NCBI GenBank assembly: GCA_029237775.1
Contig: JAQZBR010000009.1
Coordinates: 7,708-71,707, forward strand
DNA: 64,000 nt
Reading direction: 5' to 3'
DNA from: Bacteroidota bacterium
GTDB taxonomy: Bacteria > Bacteroidota > Bacteroidia > 2-12-FULL-35-15
In this document: positions 29,633 through 38,627 of the stretch, in pieces
Layout: every line of letters starts with the position of its first letter
Position numbering within the stretch: the first letter of the stretch is position 1
Program-made: the position numbers and the translations under genes
The notes under the pieces: model-generated
What the model was told of the DNA's origin: nothing
Database searches by the model: none
The model's input: only the letters and a program-made list of their open reading frames with translations

Positions 29633-30307
29633 TTGTGCGTGCGCAAACTTGCTTATACATTGCTCTTCCTCTTGTTTTTGATGAACTCAAAAGCACAACC
29701 GACCCTCGACACCATTCGCTATTGCCTTCAGCAAAAACCACAGCCCTTTATAAAATTTGACGGCCGGAATTCTTTCATCGAAAACAGCAGGGCAAAGATC
29801 TTCGGGGTGAAAGCCGGAGTCAGCTTTGGTAAAAGATTACACTTCGGATTAGGCTACAATCAGCTGATCCCTCCTACTTCAAGCTTTGATAAGATCGTTT
29901 ACTTTCCTGACTCTTATGGGAGTATGTTTCCGGTGATCAAACGCCTTCGCATGTATTATCTTTCAGTCCATGCCGAATATGTTTTCTATCAGACCAAACA
30001 TTGGGAGTTAAGCATGCCATTGCAGTTAGGAATTGGGAAGAGTTATTACACCTATTCCATTTTCGGAAGTAAGCAGCGATCCGATGAAGCATTCAACTTC
30101 ATCTATGAGCCTGCAGTCTCCATTGAATACAAAATTGTAAAATGGTTTGGTGTAGGTGCGGACGTAGGTTATCGCTTTATGCTAACGAGTGATAAGCAGC
30201 TGAATACAAACTTCACTTCACCTACCTATGCATTTAAATTATTGATCTATTACAGCGAGATCTTTAAAAGTCTTTTTCCAAAGAGTAAGCTGGCGGGGAA
30301 GATGTGA
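29633..30307 (+). CDS. Hypothetical secreted/outer-membrane beta-rich protein
   Basis: 224-aa ORF with hydrophobic N-terminus and alternating-hydrophobic (beta-strand-like) pattern. No family recognised. Confidence 0.35.
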   Translation: MCVRKLAYTLLFLLFLMNSKAQPTLDTIRYCLQQKPQPFIKFDGRNSFIENSRAKIFGVKAGVSFGKRLHFGLGYNQLIPPTSSFDKIVYFPDSYGSMFPVIKRLRMYYLSVHAEYVFYQTKHWELSMPLQLGIGKSYYTYSIFGSKQRSDEAFNFIYEPAVSIEYKIVKWFGVGADVGYRFMLTSDKQLNTNFTSPTYAFKLLIYYSEIFKSLFPKSKLAGKM

Positions 30308-30445
30308 CTTCTTACCACGAAGGCGCAAAGACGCAAAAAGTTTCTCGCAAAGGCGCAAAGAATGAAAAGCTTTACTAAGTGATAGATCCGATTCTCCGAG
30401 TTGATCCTGAGTTTGTGGAAGGAGAAAGGGACCGGGGCTGAGGTT

Positions 30446-32689
30446 TTAAACCCTCACGCCAATAACTAAAACATCATCTACCTGTTCGTGGTTACCTTTC
30501 CACTCATTAAAATATCTGTCGAGCTCATGTTTCTGGGCATCCAGAGATTTTGAAGATATTTGGAGTAACAAGCTTTTTAGATTCTTTGTCATCAGCTTCT
30601 TTCCTTTATCCCCGCCAAACTGATCTGCAAAGCCATCAGTGAACGTATAAACAGTATCACCTTTTAGAAGGTTTGTCGACTGCAAAGTAAAAGGCTTCAA
30701 TTCGCCCTGATGAATTCCAACAGGAAACTTATCAGGCTTAAACTCTATCAATTGATTATTCCTGACAATGATCACAGGGTTATTAGCAGCTGCAAATTCC
30801 AGGCTGTGTTTTTGAAAATCAAAAGAGCATAGAACTGCATCCATACCATCTTTGGATTGTTCTTCTGATCCATCCGTGTTCAATGCTTTGATGATTTCTT
30901 CCCGGACGTTATTAAGTACCAAGTCGGGTCGCTCGATTTTCCTTTCATTGACAGTCTCATTCAATTTGGAAATATTCAGCAGACTCATGAAAGCTCCCGG
31001 AACACCATGCCCGGTGCAATCGCTGGTAGCCATTATAAACTGCGAATCTGTTTTATGCGCCCAGTAAAAATCACCGCTGACAATATCCTTTGGTTTATAC
31101 AGAACAAAATATTCCGGCAAATTCTTTCTGAGAAGAGTGTCAGAAGCAAGTAAAGCACGTTGTATCCTTTTTGCGTAATGTATTGAATCAAGGATTGATT
31201 TATTCTTTTCCTCTATCAATTCCTTTTGCAAGGTGATTTCCACATTTGCCTTCTTCTTTTCACGATATCTTTTAAAAGACACGAAGGCAAGGAACAACAT
31301 TAAAAGTAACCCGGTTACAACCGCATAATTCACTACGCGTTGCCTGATTATTCTTTCTCCTTTGATCTCGTTATCCTTCTGAAGAAGATCAATCTCCGCC
31401 TGCTTCTTATCTGCTTCATACATCGCCTGCATCTGCCCGAGGCGCTTATTTAAAGCATCATTATTGAGAGAGTCGGAAAGCTCCAGGGCAAGCTTTTGAT
31501 TCTGAAAAGCCTTTTGATGATCACCCGAAGCGGAATATATATTTGCCAGCGTCATGTAATCATTCTTCAACTCATTTTTATCATTCAGAAATTTCTGATA
31601 CGACAAACCCTTCTCCGCATATGTTTGAGCCTGCTGCAGTTTGCCGGTCTGTAAACTAAGTTCTGCAAGCGACATGTAACAACCGGCAATGTAATAATTA
31701 TCATTGTTCTTTAATGCTTCACTCAATGCAACCGAATGGCACTGAAATGCCTTTTCATAATCCTTCATTTCAGCATAAACCGACCCGATATTACTTAACA
31801 GCATTGTGGCTGAAAAATCCATCCCGATCTTTTTATACAAACGCATGCTTTCATTATAATTCTTTAAAGCGAGCTCATACTTACCCTCGTTTTTATAAAC
31901 GATCCCGAGATTATTATAAACATTCGCCTGGATATCATCCCTGCCAAGTTCCTTAAACAGTTCAAGGCTTCTTAAGCTATATTCTTCAGCCAGCTTATAC
32001 TGTTTCTGCTCTTCATAAATAATCCCGATGTTGGCGTAAATAAAACCGTCCTGCGTAGGATCTTTTTCCGTTTTATTAAGCTTTAATGACCTGAACAGAC
32101 AATCCAGCGATTTTCCATAGTCACCGAGATTCTGATACACAACAGATAAATTTGTAAGAGCAGTTATCTGTGTTTTTACTGAGTGAGTCTGCTCAGCTCT
32201 TTCAATCGCCATTTTATAGTAACGCTCTGCCTTCGCATAATCAGACATATCAAGATATACATTGGCTATATTCACATATACCTTTCCCTGCTTTTCCGTC
32301 TGTCCAAGCTCAATACGGATCTGTAAACTCTTTTTAAAATTTTCGATCGCACTCTCATAGGCAGCTTTATTCCTGTCCGACACACCCAGCAGCTCATATG
32401 ATTGTGCGAGGCCTTCCTTATAATTTAATTTTTCGGATAAGCTCAAAGCCTCGTTTGCATACTTATCTGTATTGGCAATATTGGAATAAGAATACTCCCA
32501 TCCAATGTCGATAAGTGTTTTTACTTTCGAAGTATCTGCGTCTTCTTTCTTAATCACCTTTAACAAGCTGTCCAATACATCTGCATAGCTTACTGCGCTT
32601 ACAAGAATAAAGAATAAAAGAAGAGTGAATTTTTGAATATGAGTTTTCAAAGCCGGTTTGCTATATGCAGTAAATATAAAAAATCCCAA
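30446..32689 (-). CDS. Membrane sensor phosphatase: signal peptide, periplasmic TPR array, TM helix, coiled coil, PP2C/SpoIIE-family Ser/Thr phosphatase domain. True start may be the TTG at ~32650.
   Basis: TPR-like YxxAxxYxxKA repeats. TM VVNYAVVTGLLLMLFLAFVSF. PP2C motifs SGDFYW, DCTGHGVPGAFMS, DGMDAVLC, FTDGFADQFGG. C-terminus VIGVRV. Confidence 0.8.
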   Translation of the reverse strand: MGFFIFTAYSKPALKTHIQKFTLLLFFILVSAVSYADVLDSLLKVIKKEDADTSKVKTLIDIGWEYSYSNIANTDKYANEALSLSEKLNYKEGLAQSYELLGVSDRNKAAYESAIENFKKSLQIRIELGQTEKQGKVYVNIANVYLDMSDYAKAERYYKMAIERAEQTHSVKTQITALTNLSVVYQNLGDYGKSLDCLFRSLKLNKTEKDPTQDGFIYANIGIIYEEQKQYKLAEEYSLRSLELFKELGRDDIQANVYNNLGIVYKNEGKYELALKNYNESMRLYKKIGMDFSATMLLSNIGSVYAEMKDYEKAFQCHSVALSEALKNNDNYYIAGCYMSLAELSLQTGKLQQAQTYAEKGLSYQKFLNDKNELKNDYMTLANIYSASGDHQKAFQNQKLALELSDSLNNDALNKRLGQMQAMYEADKKQAEIDLLQKDNEIKGERIIRQRVVNYAVVTGLLLMLFLAFVSFKRYREKKKANVEITLQKELIEEKNKSILDSIHYAKRIQRALLASDTLLRKNLPEYFVLYKPKDIVSGDFYWAHKTDSQFIMATSDCTGHGVPGAFMSLLNISKLNETVNERKIERPDLVLNNVREEIIKALNTDGSEEQSKDGMDAVLCSFDFQKHSLEFAAANNPVIIVRNNQLIEFKPDKFPVGIHQGELKPFTLQSTNLLKGDTVYTFTDGFADQFGGDKGKKLMTKNLKSLLLQISSKSLDAQKHELDRYFNEWKGNHEQVDDVLVIGVRV

Positions 32690-32727
32690 CGGCTTACCAT
32701 CGGGATTCTTATTTTATTAGATCATTG

Positions 32728-35700
32728 TTATTCTTCAGAAAGCAAAGTGACATGTCCGGTATAATTGTGCGGATGAGAATCAAAATCCCGTACTCCTATC
32801 TTATACACATAGACTCCATCCTCAGCAACCTTGCTTCCATTGTTGGCAGTCCCATCCCAGCCCGTTTGCATATCAGTTGTCTGGAAGATCATTTCACCCC
32901 AACGATCGAAGATCATCATCTTAAATTCCGTGATCTCATCTCCCTTAGCCGTGAAATAATCATTGATATTATTTCCATCCGGTGTGAATGCATTTGGGAT
33001 ATAAAGTGTGAATACAGGCCTTATCTCAACTAATTTCTGCAGTGTATCAAGACAACCGTCAGCGCTTGCGGCAATCAATGTAACGGTGTACTCTCCTTTT
33101 GATGCGTAAACGTGTTGCGGTGATTCAAGTGTTGAAAAAGACCCGTCATTAAAGTCCCAGGAGTAAGATGTCGCGTTTGTTGACTGGTTGTAAAATTTAT
33201 ATTCCGGGCTGATGGTTGTTCCATCGAGCGCTTCCGTTGCAAATTCAGCAACCGCAGGTTTGTAAATAACAATATGGCTTATGGTGCTTCCGGAGTTTGT
33301 ACAACCGGCTGCTGAAGTGATCGTCAGATCAACCATAAAGTCACCGGATTCTATATACGTATGTGAAGGCATCGTATAAGCAGATGTGCTGCCATCACCG
33401 AAATCCCAAAGAAAAGACGCGTTATAATTCGTACCTGAGTTTTCAATAAAATTCAATGGCTCCGCTGAACATCCTACCATAGATTGTGGATTAAGATCAA
33501 TGATGGGAAGCGGGTTAACTGAAACGGGAACCGAACCTGTTATACTATGTGAACAGGCATCGGTAACAGTTACAATATAAGTGGTGCTGGTTATCGGACT
33601 AACTGTGAACGGACCGGAACCGGATCCTAATCCATTATTCCAATTGAGCGTTACGGGGCCGGTGTTACCGGTAACAGCTGCAGAAATAGTAGCCGTGCCT
33701 CCTGAACAAATTGCGTTGGCACCGCTTACTATTAAATTGGAAGCAGTAAGTGATGTGACATTTATTGAAACCGTGGCAGCAGAACTTGCACATCCGTTAC
33801 CATCAGTTGCTGTAACACTGTACGTTGATATCGTTGAAGGACTCACCGTCTGATTCGCTCCGTTTCCCACACCCACCCAGGTATAAGTGTAATTTCCATT
33901 TCCTCCTGAAGCGTTAGCGGAGATCTGTGTGTTTTGACCAAGACAAATAGTAGTGCTCCCTGATGCGACAATGTTTATCGGAGCAGGTTGTGTTACAGTA
34001 AGGTTGGCAGTTATTATACATCCGCTTCCATCAGTTACAATGGCTGAATAAGTTCCGGGACATAAGTTGATCGCATTAGCGCTTGTCCCGCCATCAGGTA
34101 ACCACTGATATGTATAACCGGGAGTACCACCACCAGGTATCACAATTCCTTCACCGTTGCAACTTCCATAGCATGTTACTGGAAACGCAGCTGAAGCAAG
34201 AGAGAGCGGAGCGGGTTCCGTAATGGATACCTGTGCAATAATAGTACAATTGTTTGCATCTGAAACAGTAACAGCATAATTACCCGGAGCGAGTGGAGAG
34301 ATCGCCTGACTATTCTGAACCGGAGAGGTGTTCCATGTATAAGTATAACTTCCGCTTCCACCGGATGCAGAAGCGATCGCCTGACCATCGCTTAAACCGT
34401 TGCAACTGACATTGCTAATAACCAATCCATTCGCAATTAAAGCCGGAGGTTCCGAAATATTTACGGAAGCAGTAACTGAACACCCGCCACCATCTGTAAC
34501 TATGCAGGTATAATTACCGGCATTCAAGTTATTAGCTGATGCCGAATTATTCTGGCTCTGAATATTCCAGTTATAAGAATAATTTCCCCATCCACCCGCC
34601 ACAGTCACTGCTGCAGAACCATTAGTAGCTCCGTTACATAATACATTCGTTTGTGATGTTGAAAAGGTAATTGGCGAGGAGGGCTGGATAACGGTAGCGC
34701 TTCCTGTTGTTACACATCCGTTCGCTGTTGTTACAGTCACAGAATATGTTCCTTGTGATAGTCCGGTGATAACTGCAGTTGTGTCACCGTTCGACCATTG
34801 ATAAGAATAAGGCTGCATACCACCATTAACGTTAGCTTCAATTGATCCATCGTTCGCACCAAAACAGGTCACGTTTGACGAATCGATTTGTATGTTCCCA
34901 GGTGCGGCACCTGAGCCAACGGTCGCAGTTGCAGATAAAGAACAACCACCGGCATTTGTCACTGTAACAGTGTATGTGCCGGCCTGCAATCCGTTTTGCC
35001 CGCTGTTTACACTACCCGCAGACCATTGATATGTAAATGGACCGACACCGGAAGTTACCTGAACATTAGCTGTGCCGTTTGATGCATTACAATTCGCATC
35101 AGTGGAAGATGTAGCAATGGTAAGGCCGGAAACGGTAATGCAGAAAGAATATGTCTGAGACCCGTTATAAGGACAGTTATCATCACGAACTGTTACAGTA
35201 AAACACTGCGGTGCTGAGCTGATATCTGAAACAGAAGGCGTCCAGCTAAAAGTACCTGAAGGCCTTGATGTGCCCGATGTTGTAAAGGATGCGCCCGCAA
35301 TGGCGTTGTTCCAGTTGAGGATGACTGACTGTGAAGAATCAACATCAAAGGAAGAAACAACGAAACTTAAAGGAACACCAGCGCATGCATTCACTGAATA
35401 TGTATTTGTATTGTTTATACCATTTACGTATGGGTTGCTATTTGTGCAATTAATCGTTCTGAGCTGAATATCGCGCATCACACTTCCGATCATAACACCA
35501 TTTCTCCATTCCTGTACAAGCACAGCGAAGACTGTAACTTCAAGACTGGTGGGAAACATGCACATATCACCGCTTACGATATCGAATGATACTGCCGGTG
35601 ATGAAAGCAAAGGCTGTGAGGCTGAATATGAATTATTGTAAACAACACTTGTTGTTGAGCTTGTAGCGGGTGTGATCAATGAATAAGAAAGTGAGTCGCC

Positions 35701-36288
35701 ATCGGCATCAAATGATCCATTATTAAAGCAATAGGGCTGTCCCACACACACAAATGGGATCGGAGGATTAGAAAAGTAAGGAGAGCTGTTGCAAGGAAAA
35801 TCAAGGTTATTCAAAACTGCTTCGACATAGATATTTTCGGCAGAAGGATTTATGATCGTGTTGATCGCGGCATTCCGGCAGCAAAGACTGAAGCTGAACG
35901 TCCAGTCGTTACATTGCATAGGAAGTGTAATTACTCCACTGTAGATATATTCCTGCACACCGGGATACGTACCGCCCGAGCATTGTGTCGTCATACCGGA
36001 GCATATTGAAGACACTTCTGTCCCTGTTCCGTTGATTGGATTTAATGTAAGATTAATGTTTTGTCCGCATGACGCGGAAGAAATATTTATCGTGGCTGTA
36101 GTTGGAGCAGCAACTCCCGCGCAGTCGCGGTAAAAGGAGAGGTTGATCTGGTATTGATTTCCGCCCAAACATTGATAGGTAATATCAGCGCTTTGGGCAT
36201 GTGATGCAAATGCTTCATTCTGTGATTGAATGAACATTACAATGAAACTAATCCAAAAGAAAACCCTGTGAGTAATTTGCGTATTCAT
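32728..36288 (-). CDS. Large cell-surface adhesin-like protein: Cys-rich N-terminal domain, about 8 SprB repeats, two PKD domains, T9SS type-B (gliding motility-associated) C-terminal domain
   Basis: Signal peptide. Repeats of C.G..(N/D)G.......GG..PY.Y.W. PKD-like W(D/N)FGDGS segments. C-terminal YIPNAFTPDGNNINDYF...FDRWGEMIF...GWDG...GVYVYKI is the TIGR04131-type domain. Confidence 0.8.
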   Translation of the reverse strand: MNTQITHRVFFWISFIVMFIQSQNEAFASHAQSADITYQCLGGNQYQINLSFYRDCAGVAAPTTATINISSASCGQNINLTLNPINGTGTEVSSICSGMTTQCSGGTYPGVQEYIYSGVITLPMQCNDWTFSFSLCCRNAAINTIINPSAENIYVEAVLNNLDFPCNSSPYFSNPPIPFVCVGQPYCFNNGSFDADGDSLSYSLITPATSSTTSVVYNNSYSASQPLLSSPAVSFDIVSGDMCMFPTSLEVTVFAVLVQEWRNGVMIGSVMRDIQLRTINCTNSNPYVNGINNTNTYSVNACAGVPLSFVVSSFDVDSSQSVILNWNNAIAGASFTTSGTSRPSGTFSWTPSVSDISSAPQCFTVTVRDDNCPYNGSQTYSFCITVSGLTIATSSTDANCNASNGTANVQVTSGVGPFTYQWSAGSVNSGQNGLQAGTYTVTVTNAGGCSLSATATVGSGAAPGNIQIDSSNVTCFGANDGSIEANVNGGMQPYSYQWSNGDTTAVITGLSQGTYSVTVTTANGCVTTGSATVIQPSSPITFSTSQTNVLCNGATNGSAAVTVAGGWGNYSYNWNIQSQNNSASANNLNAGNYTCIVTDGGGCSVTASVNISEPPALIANGLVISNVSCNGLSDGQAIASASGGSGSYTYTWNTSPVQNSQAISPLAPGNYAVTVSDANNCTIIAQVSITEPAPLSLASAAFPVTCYGSCNGEGIVIPGGGTPGYTYQWLPDGGTSANAINLCPGTYSAIVTDGSGCIITANLTVTQPAPINIVASGSTTICLGQNTQISANASGGNGNYTYTWVGVGNGANQTVSPSTISTYSVTATDGNGCASSAATVSINVTSLTASNLIVSGANAICSGGTATISAAVTGNTGPVTLNWNNGLGSGSGPFTVSPITSTTYIVTVTDACSHSITGSVPVSVNPLPIIDLNPQSMVGCSAEPLNFIENSGTNYNASFLWDFGDGSTSAYTMPSHTYIESGDFMVDLTITSAAGCTNSGSTISHIVIYKPAVAEFATEALDGTTISPEYKFYNQSTNATSYSWDFNDGSFSTLESPQHVYASKGEYTVTLIAASADGCLDTLQKLVEIRPVFTLYIPNAFTPDGNNINDYFTAKGDEITEFKMMIFDRWGEMIFQTTDMQTGWDGTANNGSKVAEDGVYVYKIGVRDFDSHPHNYTGHVTLLSEE

Positions 36289-36487
36289 AATACCCTCCGT
36301 TTCTTGAAATTGTTAAACAATAAATTAAGAACTACATCATTAAACGACCAGTAAAATAAAGGGTTACAGGAATATCAATAAAAATGTACAGAGGAGCTAT
36401 ACCGAATGATGTATATATATAATGTATAGATGAAGGATGTGAGATGCTATCATCCCGATAACCCGATTTTGTGTTCTAATCGCTATT

Positions 36488-38593
36488 TTATACTCTCACG
36501 CCTATAATTAAAACATCATCTACCTGGTCAAGAGAGCCTTTCCAGTCATCGAAGCGTTTTGCCAATACACCTTGCTGCTCATCGGGTGATAAAGGAGCCA
36601 TCCCGGTAAGCATTTCTTTCAGCTGATTGTATTTGAATTTTTTCCCTTTCGGTCCACCGAACTGATCCGCATAACCATCGCTATACAAATAAACACAATC
36701 ACCTTTCTTTAATTGAATGCTGTGATTGGTGTATTCATCAACCTTCCCATTTGTGTTAACACCGATAGGAAACTTATCTGCTTTGATCTCAGTCAGCACC
36801 GAATCGCTCACATAGTACAATGAATTAAATGCACCGGCATACTGAAGTTCCAGCGTTGTTGTATTCAAGGTGCATAACGACAGATCCATTCCATCTTTCA
36901 CACCTTTGCCCTCTTCCGATTGCCTGAGTGTTTTTGTTACGCCTGCATCGAGGTGCTTGAGGATCTCGGAAGGCTTCGTTAAATGAACTTCATTGATGGC
37001 CTGTGTAAGTAAATTAAAACCAACCACACTCATCAGTGCTCCCGGAACTCCATGACCGGTACAATCCACAGCTGCGAAACATACAACATCATTCTTATGC
37101 TCTATCCAGTAGAAGTCACCGCTTACAATATCCTTCGGACGGTAAAAAATAAAACTATCGGGAAGTATTCTTTTCCAGACCTCCATCGGTGGAAGAATTG
37201 ATTCCTGAATGCGCTTTGCATAATTGATACTGTCGGTGATCTCTTTCTTTTGTAAAGTTATTTCGGTGTTGCGATGCTCTAACAATTGATTCGCTTTCTG
37301 CTTTAGTTTATTCCGGTTGTAGAATAATGCAGCGATCGCAAACACCAACAAAACAGCAACCCCAAGGATCATCAACCAAAGTTTATTTCGGTTTAACTGC
37401 AACGACTGAATCTCACTGTCACGCGTAAGAATCGCGATCTCCTTTTCCTTTTTTTCTGATTCATATTTAGTTTGCATTTCCGTCATTTCCTTAATGCTTC
37501 CCTCACGGAACAAGCTATCCTTCATTTCACCGTACAAAGTCAGATAACTGTATGCATCTTTATAATTCTGCTGATCAGCATTCACTTTTGAAAGGATCCC
37601 ATAAACTATCTTCAGCCCCTCTGTCCTGTTGTTGGCCTTACACAACTCTAAAGCCTTGTGCAGAAATTCCATCGCCTCTTTCTTTTTATTAATAGAAAGA
37701 TATGTTTGCGCCATATTGATATAGCAGGTCGAGATGCTGGCGTTGTCTTTGATCTTCTCTTTTATTGCTAATGCTTTAAAAGTATATTCAAGAGCGAGCT
37801 CAGGCTTCTTTTGAAAATCGTAAATCATTCCGATGTTCATATTACTTGTGGAAGAGCCCACCTCATCATTAAGCGATGTATAGATCTCAAGTGATTTCAA
37901 ATAATTATTGAGCGCCATCGTATCTTTTTTCTGATCCCAGTAAACGTTTCCAATATTAATATAGCTAGCTGCCACACCAGACAGATTGTTAAGATGATCC
38001 CAAAGCTTAAGAGCCTTGGTATGATAAAAAATAGCGAGCGCATGATTGCTCTGTGAATCATAAATATTTCCTATCGCGCTGTAATTCTTCGCCATTCCTT
38101 CCGAATCGTTAAGCTCTTCCCTGAGCTTCAGTGATTGAAACTGATAATTTAAAGCGAGCGGAAGATCACCGGTCGCCCGGTGGATCAATCCTATATTACC
38201 ATAACATTTTGCCGCTCCGGACTTATCACCTGATGCAAGGAAGATTTTGAGTGCTTTTGAAAAGTTATCTCTTGCCTTTGCATAATCTCCGTGCTGCCAC
38301 TCGAGCACACCGATGTTATTGATCGCACTTGCTTCACCTTTCTTAAAATTTATTTTCCGGGATAGTTGCAAGGCCTCGTTTGCGAAGGATCTTGCCTTAT
38401 CGGGTGACTTTTGAAGATATGCCCTGCTCAGATCATTTTGAAGATTAATCTTTAATGTATCAACAACCGTTTTGCTTAAGAGCGCTTCAAGTGAATCTGT
38501 TTTATTTTGAGCTGCCCCTGTCAGCCCAAACAAAATTAAGGCATGTAAAAGAAAGATCCTGCTTATGAACACTGTGTTGATTTTTTTATTCAT
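36488..38593 (-). CDS. Membrane sensor phosphatase (periplasmic TPR array, TM, coiled coil, PP2C/SpoIIE domain), paralog
   Basis: Signal MNKKINTVFISRIFLLHALILFGLTGAAQ. TPR repeats. TM LWLMILGVAVLLVFAIAALF. SGDFYW, VDCTGHGVPGALMS, DGMDLSLC, SDGYADQFGG. C-terminus LIIGVRV. Confidence 0.8.
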   Translation of the reverse strand: MNKKINTVFISRIFLLHALILFGLTGAAQNKTDSLEALLSKTVVDTLKINLQNDLSRAYLQKSPDKARSFANEALQLSRKINFKKGEASAINNIGVLEWQHGDYAKARDNFSKALKIFLASGDKSGAAKCYGNIGLIHRATGDLPLALNYQFQSLKLREELNDSEGMAKNYSAIGNIYDSQSNHALAIFYHTKALKLWDHLNNLSGVAASYINIGNVYWDQKKDTMALNNYLKSLEIYTSLNDEVGSSTSNMNIGMIYDFQKKPELALEYTFKALAIKEKIKDNASISTCYINMAQTYLSINKKKEAMEFLHKALELCKANNRTEGLKIVYGILSKVNADQQNYKDAYSYLTLYGEMKDSLFREGSIKEMTEMQTKYESEKKEKEIAILTRDSEIQSLQLNRNKLWLMILGVAVLLVFAIAALFYNRNKLKQKANQLLEHRNTEITLQKKEITDSINYAKRIQESILPPMEVWKRILPDSFIFYRPKDIVSGDFYWIEHKNDVVCFAAVDCTGHGVPGALMSVVGFNLLTQAINEVHLTKPSEILKHLDAGVTKTLRQSEEGKGVKDGMDLSLCTLNTTTLELQYAGAFNSLYYVSDSVLTEIKADKFPIGVNTNGKVDEYTNHSIQLKKGDCVYLYSDGYADQFGGPKGKKFKYNQLKEMLTGMAPLSPDEQQGVLAKRFDDWKGSLDQVDDVLIIGVRV

Positions 38594-38627
38594 TGATTTT
38601 AAAATCTTCCTGTAAATTTTTCCTCCG

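Noticed and set aside
36289-36487. Phase-variable (invertible) promoter upstream of the adhesin gene
   Set aside because: The region is AT-rich with direct ATGTATA repeats. No flanking inverted repeats of the kind used by Bacteroidetes invertases were found, and no recombinase gene is nearby.
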